This document shows positions 9,311 through 18,865 of a stretch of DNA of 64,000 bases, one piece after another. The notes beneath the pieces were generated by a model. It ran no database searches. It worked only from the letters and a program-made list of their open reading frames with translations, and was not told the origin of the DNA. The position numbers and the translations under genes are program-made. Source of the DNA: Promethearchaeota archaeon (lineage in GTDB: Archaea > Asgardarchaeota > Lokiarchaeia > Sigyniarchaeales > SOKP01). The stretch covers positions 1 through 64,000 of the forward strand of contig JBHLMP010000010.1 in the NCBI GenBank assembly GCA_048938025.1, written 5' to 3'. Each line of letters opens with the position of its first letter. The stretch's first letter is position 1.

Positions 9311-10699
9311 TTAAAAATTTATTATATTGCCTTCCATATCAAAGGGTACTTCTATTCCTAAAATATTAAGAGAAGTGGGAGCTATATCAAGAATATTTTT
9401 TACTCCTAAATTCTTACCAATTTTCTTCTTTGGATCATAAATAATATATACACCATACCAATCATGAACAGCATCATCAGGACCTATGTCATTTTCATCT
9501 AAATAGATTGAATCGTACCCTACTGTTCCAGCAGATCTCCAATTCAAATCATCGAAATACACCATTAAATCAGGAGCATCTCCCCGTATAATTTCAAATA
9601 ATTCTTCGGGTTTGTAAACCTTCGTATTCATAGAATTTCCATTGACATCTTTGATATTTTTTAACATGATTGCAATCTTATCACGCATTTTTTCGTACTC
9701 TGCTTTTTTAATAATACCATTCGGTTCTCTCCCTTCTAAATTTAAAAATATTCGGGCATAGTATCCTCCCCAACCCCAAGCATATGTATTATTCCAATCT
9801 ATATCTGCATCCTCGATTCTTGTTTTTTGTTTTGGCTTTGTCTTAAATTTCAATAAGCCTAAATCTTCAAGTGCCATATTTATGCAAATTAAACCTTTCA
9901 TTGCTTTTGCGCCATGATCAGATACGATCATAATAACTGTATCGTTATCTAATAAGTCTAAAATTTCTCCAACTTTTTTATCTAAATAATTATAATATTT
10001 TCTAATTTCCCCTTCGAATTTGTTGTTAGGCTTATATTTTTGATGTCCTTTATCATAATATTTCCAAAATGCATGATGAACTCTGTCTAAACCAATTATT
10101 ACAAATTTAAAATAATCCCAATCCTTATTTTGTATCAAATATTTTACAGTTTTAAAGTGAATTTCTGTCATATTATAAATTTCATCTAATAAATCCTCTT
10201 TATTATCCACTCTGAATTTAACATCAAAAATGTATTCTCCTATTTTATTTATAATCTCTTCCTTGAGCTCAGGTGGATAAGTAAATTCTGTGGTATTATC
10301 AGGAGTAATAATACTGGAAACAAGGTATCCATTAATTTTTTGAACAGGATATGTTGGTGGCAATCCTAAAACACATGACTTTAATCCTTTATCTCCAATT
10401 ATATCCCAAACTTTTGGTTCTTTTACATTATGAGAGGTTGCTATCCAATAATCATTATATAAATTTTCTTTTCGGTGTATAAAACCGTATAATCCTAAAG
10501 TACCTGCTTTTTTTCCTGTTGACATTACCATCCAGGCTGGTATTGTAATTGGAGGATCGCTAGACCTAAGTTTCCCGTAGACTCCTGAATCCATTAAATT
10601 TTTTATATTGGGGCAATCATCTTTAAAATCTTCAAAGAGAGTTCTTGGAGTTGCACAGTCCAAACCAATAACGATTAATTTTTTCTTATTTATGGTCAT
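9311..10699 (-). CDS. Alkaline-phosphatase-superfamily (NPP/phosphodiesterase-like) metalloenzyme
   Basis: IGLD, PPITIPAW (Thr nucleophile position), DRVHH, VSDHG, DDAVH, DIAPT.L; no CxPxR sulfatase motif. Confidence 0.85.
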   Translation of the reverse strand: MTINKKKLIVIGLDCATPRTLFEDFKDDCPNIKNLMDSGVYGKLRSSDPPITIPAWMVMSTGKKAGTLGLYGFIHRKENLYNDYWIATSHNVKEPKVWDIIGDKGLKSCVLGLPPTYPVQKINGYLVSSIITPDNTTEFTYPPELKEEIINKIGEYIFDVKFRVDNKEDLLDEIYNMTEIHFKTVKYLIQNKDWDYFKFVIIGLDRVHHAFWKYYDKGHQKYKPNNKFEGEIRKYYNYLDKKVGEILDLLDNDTVIMIVSDHGAKAMKGLICINMALEDLGLLKFKTKPKQKTRIEDADIDWNNTYAWGWGGYYARIFLNLEGREPNGIIKKAEYEKMRDKIAIMLKNIKDVNGNSMNTKVYKPEELFEIIRGDAPDLMVYFDDLNWRSAGTVGYDSIYLDENDIGPDDAVHDWYGVYIIYDPKKKIGKNLGVKNILDIAPTSLNILGIEVPFDMEGNIINF

Positions 10700-10762
10700 A
10701 ATTAGAAATTTTAAGTATGTTTTAAGGAAATTCTAATTTTCTAAAATTACATTGTAAATTAA

Positions 10763-11911
10763 TTAAACTATAAATGGATTTTTATATCTTAGTATTACTT
10801 CAGCAACTTCTGGACGCATAACCCCAGTGCTAGGTGGTCTTCCAGCCTGTAATGCCGCTCTAATCTCTCTTCCTGCAAAATATTTTTGCATATCAGGAGG
10901 ATGCGGGCAGATCTTATCATTAATAATAGCATCACACTTAATACATTTTGAAAAAGATCTAAATTTAATTGGTTCAATACCCAAATCTGGAAACTCATCA
11001 AAGATTTTATGAGCATCATAAGGACCATAATAATCGCCAACTCCAGCATGATCTCGTCCGATAATAATATGGTCACATCCAAAATTTTTTCTTGCTATAG
11101 CATGGAAAATGGCTTCTTTAGGTCCAGCATATCTCATTTCTGTTTCAAATGTACTTAACACAACTCTATCTTTAGGATAATATTCTCTTATAAGCGCTTT
11201 ATATGCCTCAATTATTACTTCATCTAAGAAATCACCTACTTTCTTCTTTCCAATCACAGGATTTATAAAAAGACCATCAACATAAGTCAATCCTGCTTTC
11301 TGAATGTATTCATGGCCTAAATGAGGAGGATTTCTAGTTTGAAATGCTACAACTCTATCCCAACCCTTTTCCTTGAATAAAACTCTCGTTTCAAGAGGTT
11401 TTAAATCTAAATATGAAAAAACTGGTTTAGGTTCATTAATTAAGAAAATCTCTCCCCCAATGAGTTTTTCTTTATAATTGAAAACACTATTTACTCCAGG
11501 ATGGTTCTGATCCAATGTAGCATATGTCTTTTCTGCATATTCCTTCTTCTCGTAATCAAAGATGGTCTCTATATTCATCAGTGCTATTGGAATTCCACCA
11601 TCATCTGTAAGAATTAATTTATCATCAGCTTTTATATTTTTGATTTCCTTTTCTGAGACGTCCAGAGTAATTGGAAATGGCCAGGCAATATCATTCTCTA
11701 AATACATAGTATCTAATACATAATGATAATCATTTTCATTCATAAATCCCTCTAAGGGACTGAAAGCTCCAAAACAGATGTTCTTAATCACTGTAATTGT
11801 CTCTGGTCTGACTTCTATTTTCTCGAATTCGTTAATTTCTCCTTTTATCCTTTCTTTTTCGATTTTTGGCAAGATTTTATTTATTAAAGTTCCACCATGC
11901 GGCTCTATCAT
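10763..11911 (-). CDS. sat: Sulfate adenylyltransferase (ATP sulfurylase)
   Basis: PHGG.L, FSPLEGFM, AFQTRNPPHLGHE, MRYAGPKEA.FHA..RKNFGC.H.I.GRDHAGVG, MRPEV. Confidence 0.96.
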   Translation of the reverse strand: MIEPHGGTLINKILPKIEKERIKGEINEFEKIEVRPETITVIKNICFGAFSPLEGFMNENDYHYVLDTMYLENDIAWPFPITLDVSEKEIKNIKADDKLILTDDGGIPIALMNIETIFDYEKKEYAEKTYATLDQNHPGVNSVFNYKEKLIGGEIFLINEPKPVFSYLDLKPLETRVLFKEKGWDRVVAFQTRNPPHLGHEYIQKAGLTYVDGLFINPVIGKKKVGDFLDEVIIEAYKALIREYYPKDRVVLSTFETEMRYAGPKEAIFHAIARKNFGCDHIIIGRDHAGVGDYYGPYDAHKIFDEFPDLGIEPIKFRSFSKCIKCDAIINDKICPHPPDMQKYFAGREIRAALQAGRPPSTGVMRPEVAEVILRYKNPFIV

Positions 11912-11961
11912 TTTATATTGCCACCTCTTTTAAATTTTAATAATTTTAAAATCTTATATAA

Positions 11962-12201
11962 TTAATCTATGTATCCCAAATCTCTTAATCGCTGTTTTAC
12001 TTTTTCTTCTTCTTCTTTCGTGAATGCCTGTTTTGATCGTTCTTCAGATTCAATTGATGATAAAACTTGTCTAAGTACGTAAGTTACATAACTTGAAACC
12101 GAAGAAAAACCAGTTCCTTTCATCCGTTCCTTAATTTTCTCGGCAAGAGGTTTAGGTATTGAAACCGTTGTGTATTCTACTTTATATTCCTCTTCAGACA
12201 T
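11962..12201 (-). CDS. Small ribbon-helix-helix (CopG-like) protein with acidic C-terminal LRDLGY tail
   Basis: TTVSIPKPLAEKIKE...GFSSVSSYVTYVLR fits an RHH pattern; ends EEEEKVKQRLRDLGYID; first gene of the sat operon. Confidence 0.82.
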   Translation of the reverse strand: MSEEEYKVEYTTVSIPKPLAEKIKERMKGTGFSSVSSYVTYVLRQVLSSIESEERSKQAFTKEEEEKVKQRLRDLGYID

Positions 12202-12346
12202 TTTCTTATCAATTTTAATTAATTTTAATTATATATAATTAGATCACATTAAAAAGCATTACTTTTTAATGAAGTTATAAAAATGTGGAAAAAAATCTCT
12301 TACCTTATACTAAAATAAGAAAACCTTTAAAACTTGAATATACAAA

Positions 12347-13447
12347 TTATTTAGTTAAACATCGTTCCATAATTATTTTAGTTATTCTTTTAGCCGTTTG
12401 GCCATCCCATTTTTCAATTGTTTGCCCATTTTTGTAATTATTAGAGAAAATTTCATAAACGTATTTTTTAATTTTCTTAAAATCTTTATTAACAATAGTA
12501 TTAGTTCCTTTTTCCACAGTTATAGGTCTTTCGGTTTTTTCCCTTATAGTCAAGACGGGAATGTTAAGATATGATGCTTCTTCTTGTATTCCTCCTGAAT
12601 CTGTTAAAATAAACCTAGAATTTAACATTAAATTTAAAAAATCCAAAAATCCAACTGGCTCATTAGTAATAATATTTGCTTTATTGATACTTGAAATTAA
12701 ATCAAACTTCTTCAAATTCATTTTAGTTCTAGGATGCACAGGAAAGAATATTTTAATTTTTTTTTGAATAAAACTTAGGATTTCCACAATTTTTTCTAAA
12801 TCATCTTTATGATCTACATTGGAAGGTCTATGACAAGTGACTAAAGCATATTTTTTCTTTTCTAATTTGTATTTTTTAAGAACATCAATATTATTTGATC
12901 TTTCCAAATTCATTAGTAAATTATCTATCATGATATTTCCTACAAAAAATATTTTCTCAGGAGAAATTCCTTCTTTTCTCAAATTAATCTCTCCGCTTTT
13001 TTCAGTTGTAAATAAATAATCTGAAATTTGGTCAGTTAAAATTCTATTAATTTCTTCAGGCATTTTAAAATCAAAACTCCTTAATCCAGCCTCAACATGG
13101 GCAACTTTAATGAAGATTTTTTTAGCAACCAATGCACATGCAATAGTGGAGTTAACATCACCTACAACAATAACTAATTGTGGTTTCTCTTCAAGAAGAA
13201 CTTTTTCAAACTCAATCATTATTTTTGCAGTTTGGACAGCATGAGATGCTGAACCGACATTTAGATAAATATCGGGTTCTGGAATTCCTAAATTATCGAA
13301 AAATATTTTTGACATATTATAGTCATAATGTTGTCCAGTATGGATTAATTTATATTCAATATTATTAATTTCAAATTGCTTTATCAAAGGAGCAATCTTC
13401 ATAAAATTTGGCCTGGCTCCTGCAATAAGAAAAACTAGATTAGACAT
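12347..13447 (-). CDS. wecB: UDP-N-acetylglucosamine 2-epimerase (non-hydrolysing)
   Basis: GARPNFMK, HTGQHYD, HVEAGLRS, PEEINR, TDSGGIQEE, TERP. Confidence 0.94.
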   Translation of the reverse strand: MSNLVFLIAGARPNFMKIAPLIKQFEINNIEYKLIHTGQHYDYNMSKIFFDNLGIPEPDIYLNVGSASHAVQTAKIMIEFEKVLLEEKPQLVIVVGDVNSTIACALVAKKIFIKVAHVEAGLRSFDFKMPEEINRILTDQISDYLFTTEKSGEINLRKEGISPEKIFFVGNIMIDNLLMNLERSNNIDVLKKYKLEKKKYALVTCHRPSNVDHKDDLEKIVEILSFIQKKIKIFFPVHPRTKMNLKKFDLISSINKANIITNEPVGFLDFLNLMLNSRFILTDSGGIQEEASYLNIPVLTIREKTERPITVEKGTNTIVNKDFKKIKKYVYEIFSNNYKNGQTIEKWDGQTAKRITKIIMERCLTK

Positions 13448-13568
13448 TTGCTTTTGATAAATTAAAATATATTGATTCTAATTATTAAAAAATTTAAGAT
13501 TAATTAAAATTTAATCAAAAAAATCCATTTAATTTTAAATCGAATATTAATTTTAAATCAATAGAATT

Positions 13569-15557
13569 ATGATTTCTAAATTATTTAGGAAAGTACATAG
13601 ATTAATAAATAAATATGTTTTTCTTAAATACTATGACAAGAAAAGAGAGATCATAAGAAATTCTTACTTTTTTGATAGAATATTCAAAAAAATGTTTGGA
13701 TCTTTAAGATATGTACAAATTCGTGAATCATTTTTTAATAATCAACTATTTGCATATTCTAATAAAAACGAGAAAGAGAAAATTATTGAATACCTTAATT
13801 ATAATTGTAATGAAGAAATAAGTAATTATCTTCATTATGCTGATAAAATAATTAATAGAGAATTTAATATTTTTGAAATAACATATAAATTTCAAGAAAA
13901 AATCAATTGGCACTATAGCTTTTTTAATGACTTCTCATGGCAATTGCAAAAATCAGAAAACATAGATATACGCCCCCAAAATCAAGAAGTTGATGTAAAA
14001 TATGTTTGGGAATTTAATCGACATCAATTTCTCACTTATCTAGGATTTGCTTATTATTATACAAAAGATGAAAAATATGCAAAAGAATTTAGAAATTTAA
14101 TACTAGATTGGATTAAAAATAATCCTACTCTATATGGTATAAATTGGTATTCTGGATTGGAAATTTCAATTCGTTTGATCTCATGGATTTTTACCTTATA
14201 TTTTTTTGAGAGTTCTAAAGAAATTAATAATGATTTATTTTTTAAAGAAATATTTAAATCAATATTTCAACATGTATATTATTTAAAATATTTTTATACA
14301 CGCCGTGGACTTAATCATACAATTGGAGAATTATTTGGATTATATTTATTCTCTAAAGTATTCAGAAGTTTGAAACCAACCCAAAAATGGGAAAAAAAAT
14401 ACTTAAGAAAATTTAAAAAACAAATAATTTTGCAAACTAGACCTGATGGTACAAATATTGAGCAATCAGTTAATTATCATAGATTTGTTTTGGAATTTTT
14501 CTCTCTTTTTTATATTTTAGATCCTAACTCCTTAAAAAGAGAAGAACGAGATCTCATTGGAAAAATGTATGATTATTTATTATATATAATTAGACCAAAT
14601 GGGACTTTTCCTTTAATAGGTGATTTTGATGATGGAAAAGTTTTATTACTGACGACATATAAAGAGAGTTCATTTATTGATTTGATCAATCTGGGATCTA
14701 TTATTTTTCAAAGAGAGGATTTAAATTTCATTTCAAAAAGAATATTTCCTTCCTCAATTTTATTGCTTGGCCCAAAAGGATACGAAATTCATAATAAACT
14801 TAATAAAATAATACCTAATAATACGTATAAATATTTTAAAAATTCTGGATATATAGTAATACGAAATAATTGGTCTGAGGAATCTAATTATTTATTTGTT
14901 GATTTTGGGGTTTTTGGAGCTAAATCTTCTGGTCATACGCATAGTAGTATTACAAATTTTATCTATTCTTATAAAGGAAAAGATATAATCAATGATTCAG
15001 GAACTTATTCTTATAATAAGTCATGGAAAGAACGTAATTTATTTCGTAGTAGCAAAGCTCATAATATTTTAGTTGTAAATAATCAAAATCAAGCGAAAAT
15101 TAAATCATGGTTTTCATGGGAAGATAAGCCAAAACTTGATAGATCAATCACCATCAATCAAGGGATAGATTTGACTTGTAGACATAATGGATATAAAAGA
15201 TTTTTCGTTGAAAGGAAAATATTGACAACTCAAACTCTAATTCCATTAATTTTGAAAGATAAAGTAATCCCTTTAAAAAATTTGGATAAAAGTAGAATGT
15301 ATAGAATTAATCTGTATCTACATTTTGATAAAAATGCAGAAATTAAACTCGAAAATAATATTATTACAATAAATAAAGAATTAGAGATTGAAGTTTTATC
15401 AGAAGACATTTCAAAAGTAACTTTAGAAAAATTTTATTATTCACCTAATTATGGAATTAAAGAAGAATGTTGGATTTTAAATGTTCATTTAGATAAAAAA
15501 TTTAATAATAATAAATTGACTGAAATCACCACATTAATTCATCGAATAAATAATTAG
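13569..15557 (+). CDS. Heparinase II/III-family protein
   Basis: DVKYVWEFNRHQ, W...NP...GINW...LE, EQS.NYH, P.IGD.D.G, GH.H, DSGTYSY, FRSS.AHN. Confidence 0.88.
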   Translation: MISKLFRKVHRLINKYVFLKYYDKKREIIRNSYFFDRIFKKMFGSLRYVQIRESFFNNQLFAYSNKNEKEKIIEYLNYNCNEEISNYLHYADKIINREFNIFEITYKFQEKINWHYSFFNDFSWQLQKSENIDIRPQNQEVDVKYVWEFNRHQFLTYLGFAYYYTKDEKYAKEFRNLILDWIKNNPTLYGINWYSGLEISIRLISWIFTLYFFESSKEINNDLFFKEIFKSIFQHVYYLKYFYTRRGLNHTIGELFGLYLFSKVFRSLKPTQKWEKKYLRKFKKQIILQTRPDGTNIEQSVNYHRFVLEFFSLFYILDPNSLKREERDLIGKMYDYLLYIIRPNGTFPLIGDFDDGKVLLLTTYKESSFIDLINLGSIIFQREDLNFISKRIFPSSILLLGPKGYEIHNKLNKIIPNNTYKYFKNSGYIVIRNNWSEESNYLFVDFGVFGAKSSGHTHSSITNFIYSYKGKDIINDSGTYSYNKSWKERNLFRSSKAHNILVVNNQNQAKIKSWFSWEDKPKLDRSITINQGIDLTCRHNGYKRFFVERKILTTQTLIPLILKDKVIPLKNLDKSRMYRINLYLHFDKNAEIKLENNIITINKELEIEVLSEDISKVTLEKFYYSPNYGIKEECWILNVHLDKKFNNNKLTEITTLIHRINN

Positions 15558-15678
15558 AGAGCATAATAGGAAGTCTACAATTTGCTTTGAAAGATTCTAA
15601 TACTTAGAGGAATACGATCAAAAAATTAATATCAAAAAAATATTTTAAATAACTGAAAAATCATTATATTTTTCTTAA

Positions 15679-17889
15679 ATGATTCTCATGAAAAAAATAT
15701 TTGTTACTCCGAAAGGTCAGATCATTCTTAAAGAAGTTGAGAAACCGATAATGAAGACAAAAGGTTCTCTTGTTAAAACAAGTTATGCCTTGATCAGTTC
15801 TGGTACTGAATTGTTTATAATTAATTCAGTAAAATTTCAAAATTTATCCATATTGAAAAAATTAATTAAATCAAAAGAATTAAGAAAGAAAGCTTTAGAA
15901 ATAATTAAAAGTACATCATTTAAAAAAACCTATTACTTTTTTAAAGAATATTCAGGTAGAATAAATTCTAAAAAAAACTTTTCTAGCCCTTCTTCACATT
16001 TAATACCAATGGGTTATAGCTGTTCAGGAATAGTTCAAGAATCTAATGTAGAAGATTTTAATAAATTTGATAGAGTAGCATGTGCAGGTTCTAATCATGC
16101 CGAAGAAATCTTATCACCTAAAAATTTGACATGTAAAATACCAGATAATGTTAGTTTTGAAGAAGCTGCTTTTGTTACACTTGGATCAATTGCTCTACAT
16201 GGGATTCATAGAGCTAATATGTGTCCTGGTGAAAATGTCGGTATAATTGGAGTTGGATTAATAGGATTATTAACTTTACAACTAGCAAAAATCAGTGGAG
16301 CTCGTGTTTTTGCTTTTGACTTAATAAATGAAAGACTAAATATAGCAAAAGGATTAGGAGCAGATTATATTTTCAATCCGATTTATTTTAATCCAAAAGA
16401 AAAAGTTAATGAAAAAACTGGGGGAAAGGGACTTGATTCGATAATCATTTGCGCTCATTCAAAATCTCCTAAGCCTTTAGAAGATGCTATAGAATTAATT
16501 AGAAAAAATGGAAAGATTGTTTTACTGGGTTCTTTCCCAATTCAGATTGATCGTGCTAAACTTTATTATAAAGAAGCAGATTTATTAATATCTCGTTCAT
16601 ATGGACCTGGTCGTTATGATCCATACTATGAATTTGAAGGATATGATTACCCTAAAAAATTGGTGCCTTGGACTGAGAAAAGAAATATGAAATTATTTTT
16701 AAAATTAATATCAGAGAAAAAACTTAATGTTAAATCACTGATTTCAGATATTATCCCTGCTGCTGATGCAAAGATCGCATATGAAAAATTAGAAAATAAT
16801 CCAATTAATAATATAGCTATTCTTCTAAAATTTTCACAAGAAGAAAATCAATTAGACTTAATTCCAAGGGAAATGCATTCTGATAAAATTCAAAAAAAGT
16901 TAGTAATTGGATTAATTGGTTGTGGAACATTTGCTCAAACAACACATCTTCCTTTACTTATATCTAATCCAAAATGTAAAATTAGGGCAATATGTACCAA
17001 ATCAAAAACTACAGTAGAATTCTGCAATAAAAAATATAGACCAGAATACGTAACTACGAATTATAATAAGTTATTGAAAGATCCTGAGATTGATACAATT
17101 TTTATATATACTCGGCATGAAACTCATGCAAAAATTTCAATTGAGGCATTAAAATCTAACAAGAACGTTTATGTTGAAAAACCAATGGGTATTACTCTTA
17201 AAGAATGTTATGATGTTTATAATGTTGTTAAAACCTCTCAAAAGCAATACACAATTGGATTTAATCGTCGTTATAGTCCTTATATAAAAATCGCAAAAGA
17301 CCTTCTTAAAAATAGAAATAATCCAATAATAATAAACTATAGAATTGCGAATACATTTCTTTCAGGAGCGCATTGGACATTCGACCCAGGAGTAGGAGGA
17401 GGTCCCATTATCGGTGAATTTTGCCATTTTATTGACTTAATATTATACTTAATGAACTCTGAACCAATTGAATTAACAGCTCGAGGGGGCTCATTAAGTC
17501 ATAAAGATTTAGAAGTATATGATAATTGTATTGTAATAATTAAATTTAAAAACAATTCTATAGCAAATCTTATCTATACTGACTTAAATGGTCCAAATAT
17601 GTCAAAAGAAAGAATTGAAATATTTTGTGGAGATTCTTCTATCATTATTGATGACTTTATTGAATTAAAAACATCTGGGTTTGATTTTGGTAATATGATT
17701 TTAACCCAAGAAGACAAAGGTCATGATAACGAAATTGAAGCAGTTATTAATTCTAATTTGGGCAAAGAAGAACTTTTATTAGATATTGACGATGCTATAA
17801 AAGCAATGAATTTAACGTTTAAAACCATTGATTCGATAAGATTAAATAAGTCAATAAAAATAAATAGTGCTTTTGATGAAAAAAACTGA
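15679..17889 (+). CDS. Bi-domain oxidoreductase (MDR/Zn-ADH-like + Gfo/Idh/MocA)
   Basis: ISSGTE, PMGYS..G, GVGLIG, SRSYGPGRYD; second domain GCGTFA, VYVEKP, GFNRRY, GE.CHFID. Confidence 0.88.
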   Translation: MILMKKIFVTPKGQIILKEVEKPIMKTKGSLVKTSYALISSGTELFIINSVKFQNLSILKKLIKSKELRKKALEIIKSTSFKKTYYFFKEYSGRINSKKNFSSPSSHLIPMGYSCSGIVQESNVEDFNKFDRVACAGSNHAEEILSPKNLTCKIPDNVSFEEAAFVTLGSIALHGIHRANMCPGENVGIIGVGLIGLLTLQLAKISGARVFAFDLINERLNIAKGLGADYIFNPIYFNPKEKVNEKTGGKGLDSIIICAHSKSPKPLEDAIELIRKNGKIVLLGSFPIQIDRAKLYYKEADLLISRSYGPGRYDPYYEFEGYDYPKKLVPWTEKRNMKLFLKLISEKKLNVKSLISDIIPAADAKIAYEKLENNPINNIAILLKFSQEENQLDLIPREMHSDKIQKKLVIGLIGCGTFAQTTHLPLLISNPKCKIRAICTKSKTTVEFCNKKYRPEYVTTNYNKLLKDPEIDTIFIYTRHETHAKISIEALKSNKNVYVEKPMGITLKECYDVYNVVKTSQKQYTIGFNRRYSPYIKIAKDLLKNRNNPIIINYRIANTFLSGAHWTFDPGVGGGPIIGEFCHFIDLILYLMNSEPIELTARGGSLSHKDLEVYDNCIVIIKFKNNSIANLIYTDLNGPNMSKERIEIFCGDSSIIIDDFIELKTSGFDFGNMILTQEDKGHDNEIEAVINSNLGKEELLLDIDDAIKAMNLTFKTIDSIRLNKSIKINSAFDEKN

Positions 17890-17893
17890 AAAT

Positions 17894-18763
17894 ATGCTAT
17901 TTCAAAAAGATTTAGAACTGATTGATACTGTTCAAATTAAATGCAAAAATGCAATTTATTCAACTTATGATGACGATCCAATATTTAATGTTAGGAATTT
18001 TGAAATTATTAATCCGATTTTTTGTTGCGGAATAATTTCTTCCATTAATTCCAAAGTCTATAATTATAAAATTGATGATTCAGTTCTATTTATATCCTTT
18101 AATCAAGATTTGATCATTAAATTATCCTCTAATCTAATTCTTAAATTTTCTGAAAATAATAACTATAAGTTAATCTCAATTATCCCTTATGCTTCTTATG
18201 CTATGAAAATTTTAAGAGTAGTTGATCCAAAAATAGGGCAAAATATTGTGTTAATTGGATTAAACTTTTTTTCAATTCTTTTGAAAGAGTTATTTAGACT
18301 CTCTGGAACAAATGTTTTTATTATTGATGTAGAGGAATACTCCAATAAATACCATAAAGTAGAAGAAAATGATCTTATAATAAATGGATTAGATTCTGCT
18401 TTGAAAAAAATGATTAAATTCCAAATTGATTCTTTAATTATGATATCAGAATTTGATGAAAAAATTCAGAATCTATTATTGAATTTGAATATAAAAAGAA
18501 AATATGAATTGAGTCAAATATCGATATATGATAAAGGATTTGAAGATCTAAATTATATTAAAGGAATAAGATATCCTCATGATTACGTAAGATGGGATTT
18601 TAAGCAAAATCTTAAATATTTTATATTTTTAATCGAAAACAATTTGATAAATTTAGATTTTTTTGATATTCGACTTATTGAAGTTAGTTCTTTGGATGAA
18701 ATGAAAAATTTCATAAAAAAAATTACAGAATCTAATCTTTATTTATTTAATATTGAAAAGTGA
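17894..18763 (+). CDS. Degenerate MDR-like paralog of the N-terminal domain of the upstream oxidoreductase
   Basis: GQNIVLIGL...LFRLSGTNVF..D and GIRYPHDYVRWDFKQNLKYF..LI align with GENVGIIGV...LAKISGARVF..D and GYDYPKKLVPWTEKRNMKLF..LI. Confidence 0.65.
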   Translation: MLFQKDLELIDTVQIKCKNAIYSTYDDDPIFNVRNFEIINPIFCCGIISSINSKVYNYKIDDSVLFISFNQDLIIKLSSNLILKFSENNNYKLISIIPYASYAMKILRVVDPKIGQNIVLIGLNFFSILLKELFRLSGTNVFIIDVEEYSNKYHKVEENDLIINGLDSALKKMIKFQIDSLIMISEFDEKIQNLLLNLNIKRKYELSQISIYDKGFEDLNYIKGIRYPHDYVRWDFKQNLKYFIFLIENNLINLDFFDIRLIEVSSLDEMKNFIKKITESNLYLFNIEK

Positions 18764-18865
18764 TAGAGAATTTTACTAACATTTTTAATGATTTAATAAT
18801 TTGATTTTTAATTATCATTTAAAAGTATTTTTATATTTATTTAATAAAAAATTTTAAGGATTTTA

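Noticed and set aside
9311-10699. Classical sulfatase annotation
   Set aside because: No C/SxPxR formylglycine motif; an NPP-like Thr motif is present instead.
12211-12240. aattttaatt tandem repeat and 14-bp palindrome aattatatataatt upstream of the RHH gene as a possible operator
   Set aside because: A/T-only sequence in a very AT-rich genome and overlapping the likely TATA region; chance occurrence cannot be excluded.
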